DNA of 64,000 nt from Candidatus Thorarchaeota archaeon (GCA_046758445.1 JBHIAE010000010.1:4052-68051), one strand, 5' to 3'. Shown: positions 1 to 8,517, counted from the first letter of the stretch. Translations and numbers: made by a program. Notes: generated from the letters alone by a model not told the origin.

Positions 1-307
1 CTGATGGTAGGCTGATGAAGTGGGGATCCTCTACGGAAGCTTTTGCCAGCTTCACAGATTTCTCTGCGGCTTCTATCAGGTCACTCTCCTGGACCGTCGT
101 GACGTAGGCAAATCCAACCTTCTTGCCCACCACTGAGCGAATTCCGCAACCTGCATCGCGTTTGTCGGACGCACTCTTGATAGCATTGTTCTCGACATCG
201 ATGGAGAATGATCGTGTTGAACCTATGTACACCTCTGCCTGATCTGCTCCAAAGCCTTCAGCCTTTTGAGCCGCCTTGTGCGCAATGTCAAGAAGACGGT
301 CTTTCAT
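1..307 (-). CDS. TldD/PmbA-family metalloprotease, N-terminal part (gene continues off the left edge)
   Basis: Not in the ORF track. My minus-strand translation from the ATG at 305-307 reads MKDRLLDIAHKAAQKAEGFGADQAEVYIGSTRSFSIDVENNAIKSASDKRDAGCGIRSVVGKKVGFAY..., a typical PmbA/TldD N-terminus. The start lies 1 nt after the stop of the upstream tldD-like gene, so the two look like an operon pair. Confidence 0.6.
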   Translation of the reverse strand, partial: MKDRLLDIAHKAAQKAEGFGADQAEVYIGSTRSFSIDVENNAIKSASDKRDAGCGIRSVVGKKVGFAYVTTVQESDLIEAAEKSVKLAKASVEDPHFISLPS

Positions 308-308
308 T

Positions 309-1703
309 TCACATTCCCCCCACCGGAATGCTTCTGATACGAGCATGTGGCCCTCCAGACATGTCCGGGACCATCTGTCCGTTCTTTCCGCATGTGCCAG
401 CATCCATCTTGAAGTCCTTACCAACAGCATCGATCTTGGGAAGCACCTCAAGTATCTGTCCCGCAAGAGAAACATCTCTCACCATCTGTCCAATCTCACC
501 CTTCTCAATGATGTAGCCATGACTGGCCTGAAACATGAATTGGCCTTTCGATGGTTCGGTGTAACCATAGTTGAAACTGCACAGCAGGATTCCCTCTCCG
601 GTATCAGCAATCAGTTCATCAACATCCCAGTCGCCGGGCTCCATCAGAGTATTGGACATTCTGGGCAAAGGTGAGTGCATGAAGGACTGTGCTCTTCCGG
701 CCCCGTTTGGCTGCATCCTCAACCGGACAGAAGTCTCTAGTGTGTGAAGAAGTTCTGTCAGTATTCCATCCTTGACCAAATGTCTCTTACTCGTTTTGGT
801 ACCTTCCCAGTCGTAGTCGAAGCTGCCACGCTCGCCAGGCATTGTTGGGTCGTCACTGAGGTTCAGGTGCTCAGGACCCACGCGCTTCCCGACCTTATCC
901 TCGAGGACTGTCGTGTGTGCAGGCCAATTGTCTGCCTCACATGCATGTCCAAAGGCCTCATGTACCATCACACCATTCAGCACCGGGTCCATGACAACGT
1001 CATAGTTCCCACCCTTCGCTGCAACAGAAGATAGCAAGTCAATTGCCATCGTTGCAGACTCCTCGCCAATGTTCTGCGGCCTTTCTCTTTCAAGCTCTTC
1101 GAAGCCGCCCTTGACCCCATGCGACTTGAAAGCACGTTGTCTGCTTGTGCCGTCCCTGGCAGTTGACATGGAGATGATTCGTGGTAGCGTGTTCGTGGTC
1201 CGGACGTCTGTACCCAGAGAGTTGGCAATGTAGAGCTCAGTCCAAAGGTCACCATACACTGTTCGCGTGTTTATGATTCGATTGTCGAAAGACCTAGCTT
1301 GGTCATCAATCATCTTGACGTAGATCATCTTGTCCTCAAATGTCACGTCGTCAAATGGTTTTGGCACCCGGTAATCAATGCGGTCCTTGAACGTAGGACC
1401 GTCTATGTCGAACTGCTCCGCCACTCTGGACTTTGTTGCAAGAGCCAGTTTGGCTACAGACCTTCCGGTTTCTCGCATTCCTTCATTGGTCAAATCAGTG
1501 GTTTGACCAAAAGCCCAGGCCCCATCGATGAAGGCTCGTATTCCAGCGCCCCTGAGACGAGAGGCCAAGAACCTCTTGGTAACACCGTCGGTCATCTCGA
1601 TAATCGTAGTGACCGTGTTCTCGATCCGCACATCCGCGAAGGATGCGCCTTCATTCAGAGCTGCTTCGATTGCGGCTTGTGCAAGATTCTCCATTGGCAT
1701 CAC
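309..1703 (-). CDS. tldD: TldD-family zinc metalloprotease
   Basis: 464 aa with the TldD metal motif HEAFGHACEADN and family-typical length and N-terminus (AAIEAALNEGASFADVRIE). The likely start is the ATG at 1698-1700; the track start is GTG. Confidence 0.85.
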   Translation of the reverse strand: MMPMENLAQAAIEAALNEGASFADVRIENTVTTIIEMTDGVTKRFLASRLRGAGIRAFIDGAWAFGQTTDLTNEGMRETGRSVAKLALATKSRVAEQFDIDGPTFKDRIDYRVPKPFDDVTFEDKMIYVKMIDDQARSFDNRIINTRTVYGDLWTELYIANSLGTDVRTTNTLPRIISMSTARDGTSRQRAFKSHGVKGGFEELERERPQNIGEESATMAIDLLSSVAAKGGNYDVVMDPVLNGVMVHEAFGHACEADNWPAHTTVLEDKVGKRVGPEHLNLSDDPTMPGERGSFDYDWEGTKTSKRHLVKDGILTELLHTLETSVRLRMQPNGAGRAQSFMHSPLPRMSNTLMEPGDWDVDELIADTGEGILLCSFNYGYTEPSKGQFMFQASHGYIIEKGEIGQMVRDVSLAGQILEVLPKIDAVGKDFKMDAGTCGKNGQMVPDMSGGPHARIRSIPVGGM

Positions 1704-1818
1704 GGTGATGTCAGTGATGCCGACTGAAACCGTGTGAATCCATTATAACTGATGTGGACTGGCAGCTTTCTGTAGTACTGAGTGTGTCCTCATACTCAGA
1801 GGACCTACTAATACGAGC

Positions 1819-3435
1819 GTGATACACGGGTTATTCTTAGCTTGCATTGGTACAGTACAGGACATAGGAGCTATACACTTGACCCTAGATTCTTCGTCCA
1901 AACGTTGTCCCTCATGTCAGCGTAACAATGCCAGTCACATGTGTGAGGACTGTGGCACTGTGCTATGCTCTGAGTGCTTGGAACCTAGATCAAGTGAATA
2001 CCAAGTATGCAAAGACTGTCACAACTCAGTATCCAGTTCGTACGAAGAGGACAAGATAGAAGTCTGTCCTGAGTGTGAGTCTGAGAACATAAGCACCGGT
2101 CGACGCACCGAGGACATGTGCCCCCGATGCCACTCAGGCCGCATCGTCCTTCTTGAAGAGAAACGAAGAAGCCTTGCGCAGGACCTTCGCCATGCAATAA
2201 TGAACATTCAATATGGCCATACTAGACTTCGCGAGTTCGCGAATCGATTGGACTCAGCTAAGAGGATACTTGTTTCGTTGAGGATGGCGAACTTCCTACA
2301 TTATCATTGGCTTGAGGACAAGATTGAAACAATCCAAGAGGAGCTTCCTGCAATCAAGAACAGGGTTGGTAACCAAGCTGAGATAGTATCCCGAAGAATG
2401 GCAGCGGAAACAAGCGGACTAATAGACTACAATCGGTGGACTCCAGGACAATTTCCATTCATCGAAGGGGTCACAAACAGGGTTTCAGAGATTAGCAACC
2501 ACTACAAGCAGAACGTAGACGATGCTCTGGATGAAGTGAAGCCCTTACTGAATGACGTGAGTACGCAGCTTGATGGACTGAGCTATCACCGGACCGAGTT
2601 CAAAGAGTTCTATGAACATGGCGAGTTATCCGTGAATGAACTGCCTGTCTGTGCTCTGCCAGATATCAAGATGGTGGGGAGCAACTTCCTGAAGAATGAC
2701 AAGGCCGAGGGGACCATGTATATCACCAACAAGAGGTTGATCTTCGTCGCTGAAACTGGCAGGCTTCGTAAGAAGACAGAGATTGTGTTTGACTTCCCAC
2801 TCGTCTACCTGAAGGAGATAGAAGAGGACGGTCGCCTGAGGAAGAAGCTTGTCCTAAAGATGAAACAAGGAAACCTGCGGATTAGCTGCAATGAAGAAAC
2901 GAAGAAGGTCCTTCCCGACTACATTGAGATTGCCAGACGATTTGAGAGGTACATGCAGACTGACCTTCAAAGAGTAAGGAAGATTGAGCAGAAGTCAGTG
3001 AGCATCAGCGATGTCCGACTCAAAATCGAAGGTTTGGTCTACTCCCTCCTTTCAGGTGGAAACATAGAGCTTCAAGACGGGTTGCCTACAAGACGGTGGC
3101 TGGACACTAGGGCAAAACCCACCCCAATGAGGATGCGCGATAATGCGTCAAGATATGACTACTATGACAGCTCAAAGAGGTTCAGAGACCACTTGGAAGA
3201 CACCATAGGTCGGGCTGACTATGGTACAAGAGGCCAGGACACACAATTGGAAACACTGCGACGAAACGCAATGGAAATCGATGGGGCAATTGACGAAACA
3301 ATTCGATTGATGCGTAGCGGCCATTTGGTCACTGAGGACTTCATCAGAAGGTATCGTGGACTCATGCGTGACTCATACTACACGAGAAGAGAGATTGAAC
3401 GTGTTGCCAGGGAAATGGGCAGATACAGATGGTAG
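1819..3435 (+). CDS. Uncharacterised zinc-finger / coiled-coil / GLUE(GRAM)-like PH-domain protein adjacent to ESCRT genes
   Basis: 538-aa ORF. The track start is GTG 1819; I prefer TTG 1879, which has AGGAG 8 nt upstream. Residues ~30-106 carry CPSC..CEDC..CSEC..CKDCH (cross-brace B-box/FYVE-like spacing) and then CPEC..CPRCH (zinc ribbon). Residues ~110-280 are long helical/heptad sequence. Residues ~290-370 read KAEGTMYITNKRLIFVAETG...VFDFPLVYLKEIE...LVLKMKQGNLRISC, which resembles the GRAM/GLUE split-PH signature (compare Vps36 G.LLLTTHRLIW). No TM segment or signal peptide. Confidence 0.6.
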   Translation: MIHGLFLACIGTVQDIGAIHLTLDSSSKRCPSCQRNNASHMCEDCGTVLCSECLEPRSSEYQVCKDCHNSVSSSYEEDKIEVCPECESENISTGRRTEDMCPRCHSGRIVLLEEKRRSLAQDLRHAIMNIQYGHTRLREFANRLDSAKRILVSLRMANFLHYHWLEDKIETIQEELPAIKNRVGNQAEIVSRRMAAETSGLIDYNRWTPGQFPFIEGVTNRVSEISNHYKQNVDDALDEVKPLLNDVSTQLDGLSYHRTEFKEFYEHGELSVNELPVCALPDIKMVGSNFLKNDKAEGTMYITNKRLIFVAETGRLRKKTEIVFDFPLVYLKEIEEDGRLRKKLVLKMKQGNLRISCNEETKKVLPDYIEIARRFERYMQTDLQRVRKIEQKSVSISDVRLKIEGLVYSLLSGGNIELQDGLPTRRWLDTRAKPTPMRMRDNASRYDYYDSSKRFRDHLEDTIGRADYGTRGQDTQLETLRRNAMEIDGAIDETIRLMRSGHLVTEDFIRRYRGLMRDSYYTRREIERVAREMGRYRW

Positions 3436-4044
3436 TTAGATTCCAAGTTCGCGCTCCAGCTCTTTGATGTCTTCTTCTAGAGACTCGGTTTCTGAAACAG
3501 GCTTAGCCACAGCAGAGGCGTCCAAAAGGCCTGCTTCTACATCAAGTTCCTGCATTGCACTTGATAGATCTTCAGAACTCACATCCATGGTCATGTCAAG
3601 TGCTTCACCGGAAATGCTGGCCTCAATCTCGAAATCATCAAGTCTTCGTGCGATTTCATCGACGTTCTCAACTAGCTTCTTCGCATCTGAAGTATTCCCG
3701 AGCATTCCGAGTATCTTACCGACTTCTTCTAGCGCGCGGCTCGTCTTCGCAGACGTCTGTGCTCGATTCAAATGAGCAAGTATCTTCAGTATTTGAAGAC
3801 GCGACTTGTCTACGGAAAGAGCGAACCTACGAAAGCGAACCATCTCCGTCGCATAGGTTCGGAATGCCTCAACTTGCCCGGTCTTCCTGGCTTTGACAGC
3901 CCTGGCCTTTGTGTCCCGTTCCTCTTTCTCTAACTTGTTTCTCTGTCGCTCCAGCTGTTTGGCCAGGATTCTTAGCTGACTGGATACCTCGCCAGCATCA
4001 GGCCTCTTGCGACCCCATGAGAACGCCTTCCTTAGTGAATCCAA
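3436..4044 (-). CDS. ESCRT-III subunit, Vps2/24/46 (CHMP2)-like, Snf7 family
   Basis: 202 aa with a TTG start and GGTGA 6 nt upstream. It has a basic helical N-half and an acidic C-half. LERQRNKLEKEERDTKARAVKARKTGQVEAFRTYATEMVRFRR aligns by eye to the CHMP2A core (LDRERQKLE...AKQGQMDAVRIMAKDLVRTRR). The C-terminal amphipathic EEDIKELERELGI looks like a MIM1 element. Confidence 0.8.
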   Translation of the reverse strand: MDSLRKAFSWGRKRPDAGEVSSQLRILAKQLERQRNKLEKEERDTKARAVKARKTGQVEAFRTYATEMVRFRRFALSVDKSRLQILKILAHLNRAQTSAKTSRALEEVGKILGMLGNTSDAKKLVENVDEIARRLDDFEIEASISGEALDMTMDVSSEDLSSAMQELDVEAGLLDASAVAKPVSETESLEEDIKELERELGI

Positions 4045-4101
4045 GAAAACTCACCACGTCTACGGGACATATTCCCTGAAGTCTAGCTTGGAAGTTCCGC
4101 G

Positions 4102-4107
4102 TTTAAA
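4102..4107. promoter_or_regulatory. Candidate TATA box (TTTAAA, palindromic) in the divergent ESCRT-III / vps4 intergenic region
   Basis: TTTAAA lies 58 nt upstream of the ESCRT-III TTG start. That placement fits a ~30-nt leader containing the GGTGA Shine-Dalgarno. The same hexamer occurs at -26 of tRNA-Arg(CCG) and about 35 nt upstream of the ADH gene ATG. Confidence 0.35.
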
Positions 4108-4180
4108 CCTTCGCAGGACAGGCCAATCTGAAGGTCATCTCATCAGGAGTATACCACGTATGGTAACAGTCACACAGAAG

Positions 4181-4187
4181 TTATTAA
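4181..4187 (+). promoter_or_regulatory. Candidate TATA box for vps4 (TTATTAA)
   Basis: It ends 32 nt upstream of the vps4 ATG and no SD motif intervenes. This implies a near-leaderless mRNA, the same spacing I see at the ADH, HIT and GT-C genes. Confidence 0.4.
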
Positions 4188-4218
4188 CGTCAGAAGGCCC
4201 CAATAGACCTGAACTCGG

Positions 4219-5436
4219 ATGTCTGATAGGTTAGACCTGGGCTTGAAGAAACTTCTCGACAAGGCCATAGAACTGGACCAAAGGGGAATGAAGAAGGAAG
4301 CATCGCAGTACTATCTCAAGGCAAGCAAGGTCTTGATCAAGCTGTCTAACGCATCATCTCTTCCTTCTGTCAAGAAGCACTATGTGGATAGGGCTCAGGA
4401 ATGTGTGGACAGGGTCAGATACATCTCCGGTATCAAGAAGAAAGCCAGGGGGCCTCCCGACGGTCTAACGACTCCGCTCTCACCAAGTCCTGTCAGAGAT
4501 GCAGAGGCCATCAGCGAAACGGAACCAGAAGCCGAAGTGGAAATGGATGAGGACACTCGAAGACTGCAGGAGATGATCGCGGACACGATTATCTCAGAGA
4601 AACCCAGCACAAAGATGTCAGAGGTGGCTGGCCTCGAAGCAGCAAAGCAGGCCATCAACGATGCGATTGTCGCACCAATGAAACATCCCGAGCTATTCAT
4701 GGCGAAGGCTAGACAACCATGGAGGGGAATTCTCTTCTATGGTCCAGCAGGCTGCGGAAAGACACTGATCGCGAAAGCAGTGGCTGCAGAGGTCAATGCC
4801 ACATTCTTCAATGTTTCAGCAGGAAACATAGTCAGCAAGTGGCTGGGAGAGTCGGAGAGACTTGTCATGACCCTATTTCAACTGGCCAGAAAGAGCCAGC
4901 CAGCGATAATATTCATGGATGAGCTTGACTCAATTGGGGTTTCCAGATCCGGCGACGACGTTGGCGGAGAGAGACGTCTAAAGACCCAACTATTGACAGA
5001 ACTTCAGGGACTAGCTAGTGAGGCTCAGGATAGAATAACTGTGATTGGCGCGACCAACTTGCCGTGGGAGCTGGATTTCGCACTCAGATCTCGGTTTGAG
5101 AAGAAGATTCACGTTCCACTTCCTGACAAGACTGCACGAAAGAACATCTTTCAGATTCACATGGAGGACATTGAGGTTTCATCGGAGATTGACTACGATG
5201 AGCTTGCGGACCTCAGTGAAGGATACAGCGGCCGAGACATTAGCGTTGTGTGCAGAGAGGCAGCAATGGAGCCGATTAGAGACCTCCAACACTCAGGTCG
5301 AATGGATGAGGAAGAAGAGATTCTAGATATTCGTCCTGTTTCCAGAGAGGACTTTCTCCAAGCGATTGAGAACATAAGACCGGCCACTTCTCCTGAGGAT
5401 GTCAAGAGATACATCGACTGGGCGGAGGGTTCGTAG
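4219..5436 (+). CDS. vps4: Vps4 / CdvC AAA+ ATPase (MIT domain + AAA)
   Basis: 405 aa. It has an N-terminal MIT-like three-helix region (LLDKAIELDQRGMKKEASQYYLKASKVLIKL...YVDRAQECVDRVRYI), Walker A GPAGCGKT, Walker B IIFMDELD, the SRH region VIGATNLPWELDFALRSRF, and a Vps4-type C-terminal helix (VKRYIDWAEG). Confidence 0.92.
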   Translation: MSDRLDLGLKKLLDKAIELDQRGMKKEASQYYLKASKVLIKLSNASSLPSVKKHYVDRAQECVDRVRYISGIKKKARGPPDGLTTPLSPSPVRDAEAISETEPEAEVEMDEDTRRLQEMIADTIISEKPSTKMSEVAGLEAAKQAINDAIVAPMKHPELFMAKARQPWRGILFYGPAGCGKTLIAKAVAAEVNATFFNVSAGNIVSKWLGESERLVMTLFQLARKSQPAIIFMDELDSIGVSRSGDDVGGERRLKTQLLTELQGLASEAQDRITVIGATNLPWELDFALRSRFEKKIHVPLPDKTARKNIFQIHMEDIEVSSEIDYDELADLSEGYSGRDISVVCREAAMEPIRDLQHSGRMDEEEEILDIRPVSREDFLQAIENIRPATSPEDVKRYIDWAEGS

Positions 5437-5439
5437 GTT

Positions 5440-6171
5440 TTGGGAGTCAAGGAAAGGCGCAAAGAGAAGGAGAAGGCAGAAGCTGCGTCAAAGACTGCAG
5501 AAGAAGAAGTCGAACCTGTCAAGGAGATTCGACCTCAGAGCATTGAAGAAACCCACAGACCTGTTGTTGAGATCGTAGAAGAGGCATCGGAGATTGTTCC
5601 GGAGGCTACCAATGAGGGGGTTGTCGAAGCAGTTGCAGATGACGTCACAACCTCACCTGTGGAAACCATTCTCCTCCCTTCGTGGGGCAATCAGAACGAA
5701 ACTGAATGGATGTACAGCATACCCCCTAGGGAGGAAGACAAGAAGATGTGGGCGGAGGAGTGGGCAGACTTCGTTCTAGGGTGGGCTGAAGCAAGTGGAA
5801 TTCACGTGCTCTCCGTCACTACATTCATCAAGGAGCCTCCTTTCAGCGATATCTCTGGGAAGGTAGATTCATTCCAACTGATTGGTGAAGTGCTGGTCGA
5901 GAAGAAGATTGCAGAGTGGCTTGACGAGGCGAGAAGACAGCTCCGAGTCTATTGGAGATTCCTCGAGGAATGGGCTGACATCATGTATCAATGGGCAATG
6001 AAGTCCGGAAAGCTAAGACTCGATGTGAAATCCATTGTAATCCAAGAAGAGGAACAGGGTTTCGCGAATCTGCCCGAAAAGGACATCCACATAATCATGA
6101 GAATCATGGTTGAGAAGGGAATGGCGACCTGGGTCGACAAGACGAAGGGTGCCATAAAGGTCAAGGTCTAG
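5440..6171 (+). CDS. vps25: ESCRT-II subunit Vps25-like (tandem winged helix)
   Basis: 243 aa with a TTG start 3 nt after the vps4 stop and GGAGG upstream. The C-terminal ~155 aa align by eye with human VPS25: WMYSIPP vs WQYRFPP, WADFVLGW vs WCSLVLSF, KIAEWLDEARRQLRVYWRFLEEWADIMYQWA vs GNLEWLDKSKSSFLIMWRRPEEWGKLIYQWV, and terminal GAIKVKV vs RGVKFF. The acidic ~90-aa N-terminal extension depends on the non-ATG start. Confidence 0.8.
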   Translation: MGVKERRKEKEKAEAASKTAEEEVEPVKEIRPQSIEETHRPVVEIVEEASEIVPEATNEGVVEAVADDVTTSPVETILLPSWGNQNETEWMYSIPPREEDKKMWAEEWADFVLGWAEASGIHVLSVTTFIKEPPFSDISGKVDSFQLIGEVLVEKKIAEWLDEARRQLRVYWRFLEEWADIMYQWAMKSGKLRLDVKSIVIQEEEQGFANLPEKDIHIIMRIMVEKGMATWVDKTKGAIKVKV

Positions 6172-6174
6172 AGC

Positions 6175-6933
6175 TTAACGGGCAGACCCAAAGGATTGGT
6201 CACTCTTATCCCTGGCCCTAAGGCCGGGAAAGTAATAGCGGCCTCCAGTGGAGAAACGAATGTCAGCCACGGCCATTCCAGCATCGACGAGGCTCGCGAG
6301 GACTTGACGTGCATGGTCTTCTGACCATTTGAACTGCATCATTACCTCCTCAACCGATACATGACCTTTTGAAGCTGCTAGGTTGACAACGTCAGCCTGG
6401 TCTCTTCTTAGCTCTAAGGGGCGAAGCTCAACTACTTTCACACCGCCTCTAAGAGTACGAATCCCAGGGATAAGGCCATGTTCCGCCACTCGATTCACAG
6501 CCTCAATCACATCACTGTAACTCACGGCCTTGAGCTCAGGGAGACGTTTGACAACCTCAACGATCAGCTCTGCCAGCCCCATGAGACCTTTCGAAGCGTT
6601 TGCAGTGGCAACGTCAAGTATGGCGAGCCCAATGTAGTCATAGTACTCCTCTTGGGACATTCCGTCTGCTCTTGGATGAGTTTCAGACCTTTGAAGATTC
6701 AGCAGCTGAATAGCATCAGCAAATCGTTCTGTTAGCCTCTCCATCTCCATGAAAGAACTGATGTCAAGCCCAATCCGACTGAAGTCATCGATATTGTGTT
6801 TGACCTCTCTTGTAAGTGCTTCAGACTCTCTTTGATATGACCTGATATCGACCACTCCCAAATCGAACATCTTCTTCAGTTGGTCCAGCGTGGCTATGGA
6901 CGCGTAGAGTTCTGACTGAAGTCGCTCCTGCAT
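6175..6933 (-). CDS. vps22: ESCRT-II subunit Vps22 / SNF8 (EAP30 domain)-like
   Basis: 252 aa. By-eye alignment to human SNF8/EAP30: EEYYDYIGLAILDV vs DFYYELGVQIIEV, VSYSDVIEAVNRV vs VSQDDLIRAIKKL, GHVSVEEVMMQFKWSEDHARQVLASLVDAGMAVAD vs GYVTVSEIKASLKWETERARQVLEHLLKEGLAWLD, and RYYFPGL vs HYWLPAL. Confidence 0.85.
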   Translation of the reverse strand: MQERLQSELYASIATLDQLKKMFDLGVVDIRSYQRESEALTREVKHNIDDFSRIGLDISSFMEMERLTERFADAIQLLNLQRSETHPRADGMSQEEYYDYIGLAILDVATANASKGLMGLAELIVEVVKRLPELKAVSYSDVIEAVNRVAEHGLIPGIRTLRGGVKVVELRPLELRRDQADVVNLAASKGHVSVEEVMMQFKWSEDHARQVLASLVDAGMAVADIRFSTGGRYYFPGLRARDKSDQSFGSAR

Positions 6934-7029
6934 AGAGGTCTACCTTCATCCAACTACAAGACCCAGACCGGGCTGTGAGATGAGATTGGGGGGATGCTAC
7001 TATAAGAGAGAGTATTATTCGCTGACGCT

Positions 7030-8388
7030 CTAAGGAGTGATTCTATCTCTATCTCTAGGAAGTAGTGTTGCTTCTCTGATGTTTTCAATCCCAAGCATCT
7101 GCATTGTCAGCCGCTCCACGCCCAATCCGAGACCTCCATGGGGTGGTGCCCCGAATTTGAAGGGATCAAGGTAGAAGGCGAAATCATCTGGATTGAAACC
7201 CTTCGCTTTGAATCTCTCTATGAGGAGGTCATAGAGATGAATGCGCTGGCTGCCGGTTGTGATCTCCATGCCTTTGTAGGTAAGATCGAAACTCTCAGTC
7301 ATGCCCTCATCTGTGAGACTAGGCATTGTATATGCAGGACGCAATTCCATAGGATAGTGCGTTATGAAGACCATATCAGTACCGTACTTCCTTGGAAAGA
7401 TCTCTCCAAGGAGGCGCTCCCCCTCTGGATCGATATCTTCAGTGATTGAGATCTCCTTCCCTTCTTGGTTCAACAGATCGATAGCCGTTTCGAACTTGAT
7501 TCTCTTGAATGGAACCTTGGGTATCTCCAGATCTATCCCCAGAAGCTCAAGTTCTGCTGCTGATGCCTTTGCAGTTTCTTTGAATGAATGGTGTAGCATC
7601 TTCTCCTCCATCTTCATTACATCATCGACGTCACTGATCCAGGCCATCTCATAGTCAAAAGATGTGTATTCGTTAATGTGGCGGCGTGTGTTATGCTTCT
7701 CAGCTCTAAACACCGGGGCAATCTCAAAGACTCGACCAAAGCCCGCAAGCAACATCAATTGCTTGTAGAACTGTGGACTCTGTGCTAGGTACGCTTTCTT
7801 GTCAAAGTACTTTATCTCGAAGAGGTTGGCTCCACCCTCAGTCGCCTCAGCAACTATCTTGGGTGTGTGAATCTCTACGAAGTCATTGGCTTCGAGAAAC
7901 TCTCGGGCGAATCTCACAAGGGAGTGTTGGATGTGGAATATTGCATTGACCGTGGGCTTCCTTAGATCAAGTATTCTGTGATTTAGGCGAGTGTCGAGTT
8001 CGACGTCTACCTTACCTTCCACGACATCAATGGGTAGACGTTCCGCTCTATTGATAATACGAATCTCTTCAGGGATAACTTCTACACCTGATGCGACCTG
8101 TTTCGCAGATACTACTGTGCCTTTCACAGCAACAGCATATTCGGGCTTCAGCTGTCTCGCCACTTCGAAGACAGCCTCTGAAACCTTCTTCTGGGGAATG
8201 GTGATTTGAACTGTGCCGTGTTCATCTCGTAGAATCAGGAACTTGATCTTGCCCTTGTCACGCAGAATGTGAACCCATCCCAGCAGTGCTACTTCAGTAT
8301 CAATGGCGTCTGCTGTGATCGCGTCACTGAAGTGAGTGCGTCTTCCTTCGCCAATTGGTTCAACACCTGCTTCACTGTAGAAGTCCAT
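7030..8388 (-). CDS. aspS: Aspartyl-tRNA synthetase, archaeal/eukaryal type
   Basis: 452 aa with an N-terminal OB anticodon-binding fold and class II motifs (FRAEKHNTRRHINEYTSFDYEMAW; GGLGLGVERL). Confidence 0.93.
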   Translation of the reverse strand: MDFYSEAGVEPIGEGRRTHFSDAITADAIDTEVALLGWVHILRDKGKIKFLILRDEHGTVQITIPQKKVSEAVFEVARQLKPEYAVAVKGTVVSAKQVASGVEVIPEEIRIINRAERLPIDVVEGKVDVELDTRLNHRILDLRKPTVNAIFHIQHSLVRFAREFLEANDFVEIHTPKIVAEATEGGANLFEIKYFDKKAYLAQSPQFYKQLMLLAGFGRVFEIAPVFRAEKHNTRRHINEYTSFDYEMAWISDVDDVMKMEEKMLHHSFKETAKASAAELELLGIDLEIPKVPFKRIKFETAIDLLNQEGKEISITEDIDPEGERLLGEIFPRKYGTDMVFITHYPMELRPAYTMPSLTDEGMTESFDLTYKGMEITTGSQRIHLYDLLIERFKAKGFNPDDFAFYLDPFKFGAPPHGGLGLGVERLTMQMLGIENIREATLLPRDRDRITP

Positions 8389-8497
8389 TCAGTTTCGCCT
8401 CGCTAATACGACAAACACTCCTTCAAGATTGCATTATGAGGCTTTTGGGCCGACTGTAATGCGGTGCCGGAACGCATTTGGAAGAAAGGGAAGAGAT

Positions 8498-8517
8498 CCC
8501 TGGGACTGTCCCCAGGG
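8498..8517 (-). terminator. Hairpin (CCCTGGG-6 nt-CCCAGGG) downstream of the wHTH gene
   Basis: A perfect 7-bp inverted repeat 26 nt past the stop at 8543. On the minus strand it is followed by a pyrimidine-rich run (TCTCTTCCCTTTCTTCC). Confidence 0.3.
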
